Shown here piece by piece: positions 25,549 through 38,575 of a stretch of DNA of 64,000 nt (positions are counted from its first letter, which is position 1; each line of letters begins with the position of its first letter). The notes under the pieces were generated by a model that saw nothing but the letters and a program-made list of their open reading frames with translations, had not been told where the DNA came from and did no database searches. The position numbers and the translations under genes are program-made. Source of the DNA: Harriotta raleighana (lineage: Eukaryota); contig JBNZDD010013725.1 in NCBI GenBank assembly GCA_050575255.1, positions 4,685,009 to 4,749,008 on the forward strand. The letters run 5' to 3'.

Positions 25549-28107
25549 ATATTAGCTTTCTAAAGGGAACTAGATAAATATCTGAAAAGGAGTAAACAAC
25601 ATGGATATGGGGAAAAGGCAGGTAAATGGGACTGAAACGATTGCTCTTTAAAAGAGTCAGGACACACAAGATATGCTGTATATTTCTATGATATTATGGG
25701 TCCACATACGACACCTGATGTAATGTCCTGTGCGGAGCATTTCCAGTGTATTATAGGACAACATTAGACCCTGGGATGTCTTTATATATACAGAAAGCTA
25801 TTCAGTCAACTTTAGAAGCTGGAAGTGTACCCACACTATGAGTGGATAGTATCCAATGAATGGATACTGCTGGAGGCTGGAGCAAGAGTAACTATAATAC
25901 GGAAATCAACTCTCATTGTGTCTAATATACTCCCCTCCAACCCTGGTTCTGCAAGTGACAGTGAAGACTGAGTTGGAATCGCTATGTACAAAGAAATCCA
26001 TATGATGATACTAAACAACTTACAACTTTGACCGCACCTGACTTATCCCCTCCCTTTTATTTGGTGTCAGACCCCATCATTGCGATGTATTCTGAGATGT
26101 CATCCTACATGAAGGATGCTATATAAATGAAAGCTGCTATGACGTGTCAATCACTAACATTAATGCTTTTATTTTTCATTACCCATAATTGTATTCCCTT
26201 TCTCAAACAAGTAATAAATGGATCGTGTGTTATAGTGTTTGCTGTTTGCCAGACATATATTCTCACTGTCTGGGAGATAGTGTCACAGCCAGGTGAAGCA
26301 GTGCCTGAAGCTTTACTGCAGACAGTTTGGACTGCCTTCAAAAACCCTGAAAAACGCATCCGTTCGACCGTGCCTTTGTCAAATATTTTTGCTTCTCTAT
26401 TTTCCTGCTATATTAAATCAAGCACTTTGAGATGTGCTTTTATGTGGATGCCGTAATATAAATGAAAGCTGCAGCTCATGTGTCTTTGAAATAGACACTG
26501 AAGCTTGACTCACACTCCTGCATCTGCACTGTTGTCCGCTGTTATTTTAATCTTGAGGAATGCAGGCATAAGAGAGAATATTTTCTGGCAATGACTAATC
26601 TATCCTTAACAAATCTCCTGGTCTACGTGCCTCTGGATTGCAATGAATTCACGGCCTTAGATATTGTTTCGCTCTGCAGGAAAGAAAGTCATCAACCTTT
26701 CATCACAGAAAGTGGATGGAGTCTTAGCACAACACTGAAGCTACTTGATAGTGATGAGCGATGTTGAACTTTTCTGTGAGCTCCCATTCTTCCACCAGCT
26801 TTTACAGGCACCCTCACTGCTGGTTTGCCTTCAATGTACATCAAAGAGAGACAGGACACATAGAAAGAAAGGTCTGCACAAAGGGGGCCATGTAACCATT
26901 GATAACTAAATCAAAATGTTATTTTTTCCCTTTCTTTAATCAATTTCCAGATCCTTTCCCATGTCCCTCCATGTTTTTAAGTTATGTAATTGTAGCAATA
27001 ACATTCCTTGCATTTGATCTTGTGCCTTTCACAGCAGATTACACTGCAAAGTGTAGTAACTGTGTAATTTGTAGGCAAATGTGAAAAGACCAAAAGAGCT
27101 GAAAGTTTCTAATGTAGGAGATCATGGAATCTTTAAAGAACAGAGACAGGTGACATCTCCGTCATCTGGCTCAAAGGATTTTGCTGGTCTCAAAACTGAA
27201 ACAGTCACAAATTGTAAGTCACTGCATGACATCTATCGTAAGTTCTGGCTGGCGAACACCACATGTTTAGTCTGAATGATGCAGGTCAGTTTGCCATTTG
27301 CCCATCACTTTACAATACCGTTGTGATCTTCCTGTAGTGATTCAACCACTACTTATCCATGAGACTGGGGGTTGATCATTCCTACCGCGGTCACCAGCGG
27401 AGAGAACACAGCCACTTTGGTGACCGTGGAGAGCAAGAATTAGAGAGTTGAAGTTATAGACAATTGCGTGACATTTGCAATGAGAAAATTGCACATCTTT
27501 CACCTAAAATACTAACTCAAAACATTTCACTGAGACAGAATTGGAGCCTGAGCAAGGTAAGAGGATGAGGGTGTGTGTGTGTTGGTGGTGGTGGGGGTTG
27601 GGGAGGGGGGGATCGAGAGAGGGCGGGAATAGAAAGAAAATGATGGAAAATGTGACCAAAGAGGTAAGTTTAGAAAGTTTTCAAAGTAGAGGAGGAACGT
27701 TCAAGGCAGATATTTTAGGAGCCTCAACAACAACAAAATTACATTTGTAGAGCACCTTTCACATCAGGAGGACGTCCCAAGTAGCTGAATAGTCAGGGGT
27801 CAGGACTGCCTCTTCCATCGTGTGGAATGGGAGGAGGGTGTAATGGCTTAAAGCACGGCTGTCATTAGTGAGGTGGAGGGGCAAAGCACATGCAGCTATA
27901 AATGGATAGGAGGGTATGAGAAGAGGAGAATACAGAGGTATGGGGGCAATTGAAACAATAAGTATGAAGGATCATTAAATTGATCAGTTAGGGAACAGGG
28001 AGACAGTGGATCCTGGCACGGATATGGGTGATGGGATCACAGAGTCTGGTGTAGAGTAAGATATTGGCTGCAGAGTTCTGGATAATTTAAAGCTCATGGA
28101 GGGCTGC

Positions 28108-29045
28108 AGAATCATAGAATTATACCGCACAGAAGGAGGCCATTTAGCCTATTGTATCTGTCCCAGCTCTTTGAAAAACGCCGTTGAAATCAATTCCACT
28201 TCCCTGCTTTCTCTCCTCCCCTGCTGTCTTAAAAGTTGTTATCGAATTGGCTTCCACCATGCTTTCAAGCAATATATTCCAGATCTGAATAACTTGCTGT
28301 GTGAAATAAATTCTTCTCACACCCCCACTCTATTTCTTTTAAATCAGTGTCTTTGGGTTTTTAACAGCTTTATCTACCTGTCCCACCACTTCAAATATTT
28401 ACTTATTAAAAAAACACAGGTCTCTCTGTTCCTTCACTCCCTTTTAAGATTCTACCATCTTGCTTATACTGCCTCTCCTCATTATTCCTCCCCAAATTTA
28501 TCCACATTAAACGTCATCTACCATGTGTCTGCCCATTTTACCAGTCTGCTGTCTACATCTTCTTGCGACCTCCTCACCGTTTTCTACTTTTGCTAGCTTT
28601 GTACCATCAGCAAACACGGAAATTAGTCACCCTAATATCCAAATCCAGGTCATTTAGATCAAAAACAGGAGTGGTCCCAAAACTGCCTCCTGGGGAACAC
28701 TACTGCACAATTCCCTCCAGTCAGAAAACAACTATTCACCACCTTTCTGTGCTTTCTGTCTACCAGCCAGTTCTGTATCCACGCTGCCACTCTCCCTTCA
28801 ATACCATAGCTTTCTATTTTGCTTACAAGTCTCTTATGTGGCACTTTATCAAATGCCTTTTGAAAATCCATATAAATTACATCAACTGCAGTGCATGCAT
28901 CCACCCTCTGTCACTTCATCAAAAAACTGTATCAGGTTTGTTAGACATGATTTGCCATTAACAAATCCATGTTGGGTGTTGTTTATTAACTCATATTTTT
29001 CTAAAGGAAAATTTATTTTGTCCCAGATTATAGTCTCTAGAAGTT
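28108..29045 (-). mobile_element. CR1 LINE fragment with degraded reverse transcriptase and 3' tail
   Basis: DVIYMDFQKAFDKVPHKRLVSKIESYGIEGRVAAWIQNWL (RT domain); tail gaatcatagaat..gaaggaggccatttagcc; internal deletions and frameshifts. Confidence 0.9.
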
Positions 29046-32000
29046 GTTTTTACTACCGACGTTAGGTTGTACTAGGAAACGTGGCGTAGAAAGTTTTTGA
29101 GAAATATTGCCTGGAGGTAATGATGACATGATTGAAGGAATTGGCTGTGGTGGAGGAGATAATGTTGAAGATGAGGAAGAAAACAGACTTTGTCAAGGAC
29201 TGGACTGCACTTATTTATTAAATGGGTTCAGTTCCTCCCGATAGTCTTTCTAACAGGTACAAGCTGACCGTGTTATAATGTGACCCGTTGTAGTGTGAGT
29301 GTAGTTGTAGGTTGTGACTCACCCAGACCACAAGTGCTGTACATCCTGCGATCCTCATCTGCAGGAAGTAACAACCACTGTACTTCCTGCGTGTAACATG
29401 CATTTGCACAGAGTACAAGGAAATGATGTGAGCGGTAACCTGATGACCCAGAATTGTCTACTGTGGCCTTTTTTAAGCACATGTTTTAGTTTATATGGAT
29501 TCAAACCACCATATTTCAATGGGTCCGCCCTGTAGCTATACTCTAAGTAAGCTCAATGGTTTTATTAAAAGTATCTTTTTAATGAACCATTAGTTGTGAA
29601 AATATCAATGCTTTAAATGGCTGCTATGGTTGCTGTTTAGGATCCTTAAATTAAAACTGAAAGCAGCCTATGAGGTCTGTGCTTTAAAGGCACATGAAAG
29701 CTACAAAATACAATCACTATCTAATAACACAGACATGCCATTAAAATGACACAAACCCACATCATTTGGAATAATCGATCGTGGACAGATTGCCGACCTC
29801 TTAGGTGTCACGGAGAGAGGGATTGAGGGAGAGAGAGAGAGACCGCAGAAAGTTTAGCTTCTGTTTTAAAAGCATGATCCACAGGTCTCGTCTTTTGTTC
29901 TTGTGGCTTTGGATGTCACTCGGTGAAGACTGGAGCCCCTGGAGTGAGTTATTTCAGTCAAAAGGTTAGACCATTCCTTAGAATATGGAGCAAAGTACCT
30001 CATGGGGTCGAAAATCAGTTATTCATGAATAAAGCGAGATTGTCAATTTGGATCACTCCAGGTTTGCAATTCAGTTCTCCAGTGGAGTGTTGATCTCCAG
30101 TTAAGGCTGCATTTCCTTATCCAGCGACAATCTCCATAGTAACAAGCAGAAGCTGGGTTGCCTGGTTGCGATTGGTTTGATGTTATGGAAAGCGTTGTTA
30201 AGTCGTTCTGAGAAGTTCAGACTAAAGGCATGAATATACACAGGTGGCTTTTCGATCTGCACTTAACTTGACTTAAGACTTCCCCTTCGCTCACAAAATG
30301 GCAAGTAGGTGCCCGGGATTGTATAGGACAGACACACTGAGACTCCCAATGTGTCAGTGGCATACATACATGGAACTCTCAAGTTCTATTTTGGCTGCTC
30401 TTGAGCATTGGTTTCTGCATGTGTCACAGACACGCGGCTGACCAAAAAACTGAGGTATGCTGGCAGGTCCCAAATAAATAAGTGTATAATTATACAATAC
30501 CCTCCCAATGTCAAATTTTCTGTATCAATTTCAGAAAATATTCTTATTTATTATGTTATTATTACTACATTATTATTACACAAATATTAGTACCCAAAAT
30601 ATACATACAGTCAATTCACTTTAGAGTAGATTCTGTGAAACACTTTGAGATGTCTAGAAGACGTGAAAAGCGCTATATCAAATATAGGGATTATTATTAT
30701 TATTATTTTTACTATTAGCTCTTGTTTCTCTCAATCAATTTATTCACTAAATATCCATCTCTTAAATCACCTGATGCAATTTATCCCAGCTCCCTAGACA
30801 GCTCTTTCACATCTTTTTCTATTTCTCCGTGTAGAGTAATTAATTATCAACTGTCCGTACACCAACCCATTTCTGAAGTTTAGTTTATGAAGGTATGTTA
30901 GGCTGCTGAAGAGATAATGAGCAAATTCATCAGGGTCCAGAGTGACATTATTTTTGTAGCAGTTCAGAGCATGCAGAATTTGGCATGCAGTCTTAACATT
31001 TAAATTGTTTTTTTCTCCAGTGCTCAAAAAAACTTATAGACAACCAGCTTCAAAATAAAGTCTGTGTTTGAAAGTTTTTGTTTGCTCCGAGACGAATAGG
31101 GTGAATCGAGATCCAGGTCAAATTTTACCCCCCAAGTTTGTGGTATTTCTTAATGAGGAAATTCCTTGATAAAGAATCACAAGAATTCCCATTGATCTGC
31201 ATACAGGAACTCAGCTCCAATGTGGATCTCCTCAGAGCAGAGTTCCCACGAGTCTGTTTGAGTAATTTTAGTCATCGTAAAGGGAACCCATCAGTATGAT
31301 TGCATATTAAAGAATTCTGTTAAGAAATACCATAAGTTAGACCACAGAAAGTTAGTGTCCTAAGAGAATGCACATTGGAAACCAATACTGTACAGTCAGG
31401 ATGCTCTTACTACAAACTATGTTAATTATGCAATGTTATTCCACTTAAATGTCCGTCGCCTGTCCCATCACTGGTAATTAAGCTTTCACCCTTTCCATCC
31501 CTACCTACACAACACATATAGTTATTGCACTCCACAGTACATCCTGTACAGCTCTTTGCACACCAAAGGTAGGGATTATTATTATTACTTTCTGGACCAC
31601 TGTTAAAGGCACCATATAAATATAAATTTATATTACATTATAAATGCTAAAACCCAGTTATAATTTGTTGAAATACACTCACAATCTACAATACATACCC
31701 TTCACCGATTCGGGGTAAATATTTGGATATCTCAATTGCAACACTGAGGAATGAAGATGCCTATCAGCAATGTAGACACCTCATTGTAAGTTAAATTTGC
31801 ACAATGTTATGACAAAGCGTGTATATACATGTTATCGCTGTTATTACATTCTTATCTTGACGTTCAATTCTTGTGGCAATATATTTTTTTAAAAGCCCTC
31901 GTAAGACATCGAATTAAATGTTGAAAGCAACTAGCAGTGTGGAATATAATTAGAGCTAAGAAGCTCCTTTTTACTCCGCATTTTAAATGTACCTGACTGA

Positions 32001-33789
32001 AATAACTCACCACAGGGGCTGAGAGACCCACCAGGGCACATCTGAAGTCAATGTTACAAAAGATTGCGGCCGCGCTTTTAAAAAGGAGTCTAAATTTACT
32101 TGCACTTTCTTGCTAAATTTCCTCTCAGAAAGCTCTTCATTCTCTGAGCTGCTGCAGGTCAGTCTGACTAGAATTGATTATTGTTCGTGATGTAGGTCAA
32201 CTCCTTTCAATGGCTTCTCTTACCCAGATCCATTCTTTTTCTAGTAGCTTTCAAACAACTTGAACCACAGTGATCCCATATCCTACATTCCCTGAGCCAT
32301 AATGCTGTATGGACCCTGGACAGGAACCTTTGGTTGCTGTTTATCATAATAATGTTTCACCCTGAATACCTACAGTCAATTCACTTTACAACATATTCTG
32401 TGAAGCGCTTTGAGCATATGTCTCAACTATGTGCTATATCACATGCAAAAGATTATTAATTATAATTATAATAATTGTTAATGATAATAATCCCCACTCT
32501 TGATATAGCTTTTTCATGTGGAAACTTTTCAAAAAGTGATTCACAGAATTTCTATATACTGTAATGTGCTGTTTGTGGGACACTGTGCGCAATTGACTGC
32601 TGCAATTCGTTCACAAAATGTACAGTCGATTCTCTTTACAGTAGATGCTGTGAGAGATGTCAAAGCCATGATAAATGCATGGATTATTATTATTAATCTT
32701 ATGTAGGTGCAGGCAATTTGCTCACAGCAGTGTCCCACAAACTGCCATGAGGATTGCTGGCCAGTATTTAACCCAAAGTTCCCGATTATAGTGAGTAGTC
32801 CAGATCATATTAAGTGTGAATTTACTACTTTTGGGACTGTTTTGCCACAAATCTTTTACAACATCCACCCAATCCATTTGAAAGATATAAGAGAGGAACG
32901 TTTAAGACCTTAACCTCTATGAATTATTGATGCTCTGTATCAGCATAGGAATCTGAACTTTCCATTTTACAACACACTCCTAAGGTTTGTGTCCTGTCAC
33001 TGAGGCCAAACTAAACATTACTTAAAATGAGTAAACAAATGAGCAATTTCTCTCATACTTTCACAAGTGTGTGTTTATTTTCCTGTTGCATTTCAATAAT
33101 GTACAGGGAAAAGAGATTATAAGAAGAATTTAAACAGACAAGAAGACTGAATGTTAACTGGATGTGCACAGTAGTCTTAAGTTAGCCACCGTCAAGTTAC
33201 AACTAGTTGAACAATAAGTACCTCCAATAATGTAGGCCACTCATTGCACTGATTTACAGTGTCAGCCTCGTCCTAGTGCGGGGCTGGAGCTCAAGAGGTG
33301 AGAGTGCTACCAACTGAGCTAGGATGACACGGCCTCTTTGATAAACATTTTGACATCTCTTCTAAAATATACAACTGGCTCGAAAAAACTACCGGTAAGA
33401 CAGTTAGGTTTCTGAAACACTTTAGCTTGAGGAGTAATTCTCCATATCAGGCACATTTCATTCGCTACAGATTGATAAATCCAATTTCAAGCTGCCTCCT
33501 GCTGAGGGTGGTGAATTCACCGAATCCAGAGAATTAACCCGCTGGTTTATAAGACAACTGAGTGTTCATTGTTGTGGACAGTTACATTTGAAAACCAATC
33601 CCTCTGTCATGCTTTCGAATGTTTGGTTTTATAAAATGATTTTGTCTTCACAGAGAAGCACATGGGCACTGTGCAGGTGGCACTGTATTAATGTGTGTCT
33701 AAGTGGAGATTGAATTAGAAAAGCTTTTTAGTGGAAGATAACCGCTATGAAATTGTAATAGGATTTATGACATGTAAACCTAGGAAACA

Positions 33790-34080
33790 CTCCATGTCTC
33801 TCCTTCATTTTTCCGTCTATCTTTTTTCTTTCTCTCTTTCTCTCATCCCAACTTTTCCTTTGCGCGCCTCTTTTAACAAGCTCACAAGTGTCTTTTCTCT
33901 CTTACTCCCCAGTTTGCGCTGCGTTGTTTTTCTCACTCTATTTTCTCATGATATTCTGCCTCCATTCTCTTATGTACTATTTTTATTTTCATTTTCTGTC
34001 TCTCTTGATCTCTATTTCCTTTTTGTCTCTTTGTATTTCCTTCTCATTCATTATCTTACCACCCATTTCTTTCTTTCCCT
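33790..34080. repeat. Pyrimidine-rich (CT/T) low-complexity tract
   Basis: Strong T/C bias over about 290 nt. Confidence 0.7.
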
Positions 34081-34085
34081 AACCA

Positions 34086-34505
34086 TGACACGCTCAGTTG
34101 GAAGCATTCTCGCCTCCGAGTCAGAAAGTTGTGGGTTCAAGGACTTGCGTTGGGACTTGGAACTCATACAGTCTAAGATAACACTCTGATACAGTGGTAT
34201 GTGCTACATTGTTAAAGGTGCTGTCCTTTATGTGGGACACTAAACCACAACACTGATTGCCTGTTCAGGTGGATGTTAAAGATCCCATGGCATTATGTGA
34301 AAGGAGAAGGGAGATTATTTTGATGACCTGGCCAACAATTCCCCAACTAACATTGGTCATTCTCTTCATGGCTGTTTGTGGGACATGGCGGTGTGCAGAT
34401 TAACTGCTGTATTTGCCCATAAAACATAAAGTCACTGCACAGCATATACTGTGAAGTGCCTCCTAACATGAAGGGTGCCAAACCAAATGTAAGAATTATT
34501 GTTAT
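34086..34505 (+). mobile_element. Old Deu-domain SINE, full length
   Basis: gctcagttggaagcattctcgcctccgagtcagaaagttgtgggttcaag head; ctgttcaggtggatgttaaagatcccatggca core; tail. Confidence 0.85.
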
Positions 34506-34947
34506 TGATGCTGGGATCTGCATGTCAATGTGGCTCAATAGATGCAGAGAACTATTTATGGGTGTCAAAGCCATTTAAATGACGTTGGTGGTGGGGAAAT
34601 GTAAAGTACAGAATTTCTCTACAGAAGTTATCACGAGGACATCACCAGAAGCAAACAGTCACACAATGTGATATTTATCCCATCACACAAGGTATTTCTC
34701 ATCCGTCTCCATATTTAACCTCCCTTATGAATGAAAAATTATGTCCTACCTTCAACAAAGAAACAAAGCACTTAGTCAAACTGGTGTATTCTGAATTATA
34801 ATTGCCCTAATGCTTCTTTACTGTTTTTCATGCTGATTGCTTTAGCAAATTATTCTATGTGTTTTTCACTGCAATTAACAATCCATGTCACTTTGAGACC
34901 TCCTCTTGACATCAAAGGCAATATATCAAATGGAAGGATTATTAAAA

Positions 34948-35304
34948 TAATAATAATAATAAATAATCCTTGCATTTGATATAGCGCTTTTCACATCTTA
35001 TCAACGTCCCAAAGCGCTTCACAGAATATACTGTAAAGTGAATTGACTGTATATTTGTGGGCGGAACGCGGCAGCCAATTGCGCACAGCAGCGTCCCACA
35101 AACAGTCATAATAATAATAATAATAATAGATTGAAACGACCAATTTTATTATNGTATTTTTTTTGGAGGGATTATTATTAGGCATGTGGAGTAAGGAAAC
35201 TTGCCCAAGGTTTCGCCCTGATCTGCCTGGATTCGAACACAGGTCTCATGCTTGTAAGGCATGTAAAGCGAGTGCTCTAACCACTGAGCCACAGGAGCTC
35301 CACA
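34948..35304 (-). mobile_element. Young tRNA SINE, full length (youngest-looking subfamily), with internal (ATA)7
   Basis: Minus strand TGTGGAGCTCCTGTGGCTCAGTGGTTAGAGC..GTTCGAATCC; CpGs retained; near-identical to 49298-49637. Confidence 0.92.
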
Positions 35305-36134
35305 AAATGTATGACACCAACAAATCCACATTGCATCTCATATTACATGGGTCAAATTAATGGGGTTTAATACCTCATCCAATGTGATAAATGCTTTCTG
35401 CTGCCAATTTACTCCCCCCAAATCCCAAATTCCACTGGCCTTACTCTGTGAGTCCATTTGTCTTGAAATTTCAGATTGCATCAAATTATGTAAAAAATCT
35501 TAAAATTTAGTCTTTATTTGGAATCTAGTTTTCGTGTAGTTCTTAAAAATAAATGGCATCCAAATTAAGAGTGAATCAGCACAAATCTGCATGATGGTAA
35601 ATTTTAAAACAAAATTATGTTACAAGATAATACTAGATGGAATTTTGGTTGCGAGTTGTCTACAATCGTGGTTTAAAGTATATTACAAGGCTGTAACTAT
35701 AGCTCTGATAGCAAATTTAGATTGCACTATAAACTGTACGGGCAATGGGCTTAAGCACTTTCCCAAGCCATCTGGACCACGAGATTGGGTTACTGTGATC
35801 AAAACCAGCTGTTAATAAGTACAATGGATACAACTCTTTTTTTCAGTGGGAATTTAAATCAGATTTCATTGCTGTGTGCTTCAATATCCACATCAACGTT
35901 CCTTGGGGTCAGTAAAAGTAGCAGGATTGACACCAGGCAACCTTTGTGATGCAAAGACTCACACTGGGCTAGCTAGCATCATGTAACAGGAAGAGAGAAC
36001 GATATATTTTGTATTTTGACACTTTTTTGTGTGTATATTTCCCTTTGTGTTTCTTAGTAATGCCTCAAAGTGACTTAATTTAAAAAGTTTTCTCTCTCTA
36101 TCTCTTTATCTACATGTTTCTCGCCTGACAAATG

Positions 36135-36332
36135 TTGAGAGACCTATGTTCGAATCCAGGCAGGTCAGGGCGAAACCTTGGGCAAGTTTTCTTACTCCAC
36201 ACACCTAATAATAATCCCTCCAACAAAAATTGGTCATTTCAATTCAGTTTACAGTGTATTCTGTGAAGCGCTTTGAAACGTCTAGAAGACGTGGAAAGCG
36301 CTATATCAAATACAAGGATTATTATTAGTATT
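36135..36332 (+). mobile_element. Young SINE with internal deletion
   Basis: gttcgaatccaggcaggtcagggcgaaaccttgggc..tail. Confidence 0.8.
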
Positions 36333-36674
36333 ATCTCTTGCACTAGGTCATTCTACCCTACCCTCATACTATTTTTTGCCTCCATTGTTGTCTGCAGCAA
36401 ATTTTTAACCGTATGGTCAGAATTCTATTTGAATTTAAAAATGAATTGGAAACAATTTAACTTGAACTTAAAATGTTTCCAGAAAATGGTGATTAAGTCC
36501 ATCGCCAACAAAACAATGGGAGAGGTCAGGAGAACTGTTTGCTTTACATGCAGGGAGACATTAAGACATTGAAGAATTCACTACAAAAATAGAGCGCAAA
36601 GCAAAACATAACAGCATTTAAAAGGAAATTGGATAAATATTTGAAAACCCAAAGTATGAAATGATAATAATAAA

Positions 36675-37075
36675 TAAGAATAATCCTTGCATTTGATGTA
36701 GCACCTATTATATTTTTGAACCATCTCAAAGCACTTCACAGAAATTCAACTGTAAAGTACATAGACCCATTTGCCCACAGCAATATCCCGCAAACACAGC
36801 GTCTGGGAAAATACTGGTTAAGATATTGCAAGAAACTCTCCTCTGTTTTGAATAGTGGCGTGGGATCTTTAGCGTCCTTCTGAATAGGCTGATGGGACCT
36901 TGGTTTAATGATTCATTCCAAGGACAGCACCTTCAAGAACGCAGCACCCTGCCAGCGCAGCATTGGAGTGTCAGTTTAGCCTTTGAGCTCAAAATCCTGA
37001 CCTAGGTCTTGAACACACAACTCTCTGACTCAGAGGTGAGAATGGGAGTGCTCCCGACTGAGCCAAGTTGACACA
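36675..37075 (-). mobile_element. Old Deu-domain SINE
   Basis: gaatagtggcgtgggatctttagcgtcc..gactcagaggtgag..actgagccaagttgacac. Confidence 0.75.
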
Positions 37076-38194
37076 TTATCGAATATTGTAAAGGAAGAGA
37101 GTAGTGGAAATAAATTGGTTGCTATTTTAGAGAATCTGCACAGGCACGATGGGCCAGTGCTGTAAAATTCTATGATTCTATAATTTTCTGGCCAGCAATA
37201 ATTTACTCTTCGCAAGAAGCACTGGACTGAGTGTTGGACGAGAGTTAACAAACTGCTGTGGGATAGTAGCATTGAAGATTGCCTGACCAGAAGGCAAGGT
37301 TGGCTTACCATCGGCTTAATTTAACTGTGGTCAGGCAAGCTACGATTCCAATCACATGCACCTCACAAGTCGTGGTTAAGCAGCAAACCCAGAAGGCAGC
37401 CTAATTTTATCAAACACTACCTCATCACATAGTTTAAATGACATGTTCAGCTCCACTTGGAGCAGTCTTCATCCCACTGTATAAATACATATTTCAGCAA
37501 CTCGCACCATTTCCAATTCGTAGTAGAAGTAGATTATTTTACTGCCAAATTATTGCAGAGCCTGGTGCCTTCAGATAAAGGGGCAAAATCACCCCCATTT
37601 TAATAACTGTAAATAATTATCTTAAGATGAATAATTTTTCTCTCCCAGTTATTTCTGGAAATGTAATTTTACAAAAAGGTTTGACTCATTGCTTATCTTT
37701 GAACCGTGTGCCATTTATTTTTTCGAAATTGCACTAATCCTGAGAATATCCTGCAAACATGGTATGTGAAAGGTGTACCTGACTGCAATTCTTAACAGTG
37801 GCCATTTTAGCTTTCATTCTGCTGACTAGCTGTCAAGGTTTTCTTTTCCATCTTGATTAACAGTGCTGTTAATAATGGTATCACACAAACTAAATTGCAG
37901 TGCCAAAAGCTCAATAAAAAAATCTATTACTTCAACATTAATAAACTGTCTGCTTTTTATAATAGTGTGGGGTATGAATGACAACTATACAACAGGAAAT
38001 GAGTTTTATTGCATTTCGATTAAACTGGAGTTTATTCCTTGCTGAGTTTTTCCCCCCACCAACTATTTACAACCTCCACCATTTCTATTCCTTACAAGAA
38101 CCATTGAAATTACTTGGAATTATACTTGCACACATTCGTCCTGCCACTACAAGAATAATAGACTATAATTTCCTGGTAGCTGTATGAAAATATA

Positions 38195-38575
38195 ATAACA
38201 ATCTTCTATGTGTTATTGTGCCTTTCAAGTCAGTAGGACATCTAAAAACACTTCAGAGGATGTAACGTATGGAGCATTGACTGTGTATTTTGTAGGCAAA
38301 CACTGCAGCCGATTCGGGCACAGCAACAACTTGCAATCAGCCATGAAGTCTGTGTGCAATTTTATTTCGGGAATTGTTGGCCAGGACACAGGGAGAAACT
38401 TCTCTCCATAGTGCCACGGGATCATTAATATCCATCTGAAACAACAGATGGGACTTCAATTTAACACCTCATCCGAAGTACAGCACCTCCAACAATGCAG
38501 TCCACCCCAAGTAATGCATTGGAGTGTCAAGAGTATAATATGTGAGTTGGATTCAATCTTCTGACTCAAAGGCAA
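38195..38575 (-). mobile_element. Old Deu-domain SINE
   Basis: gttggccaggacacagggaga..agtgccacgggatc..cagcacctccaacaatgcag. Confidence 0.75.
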
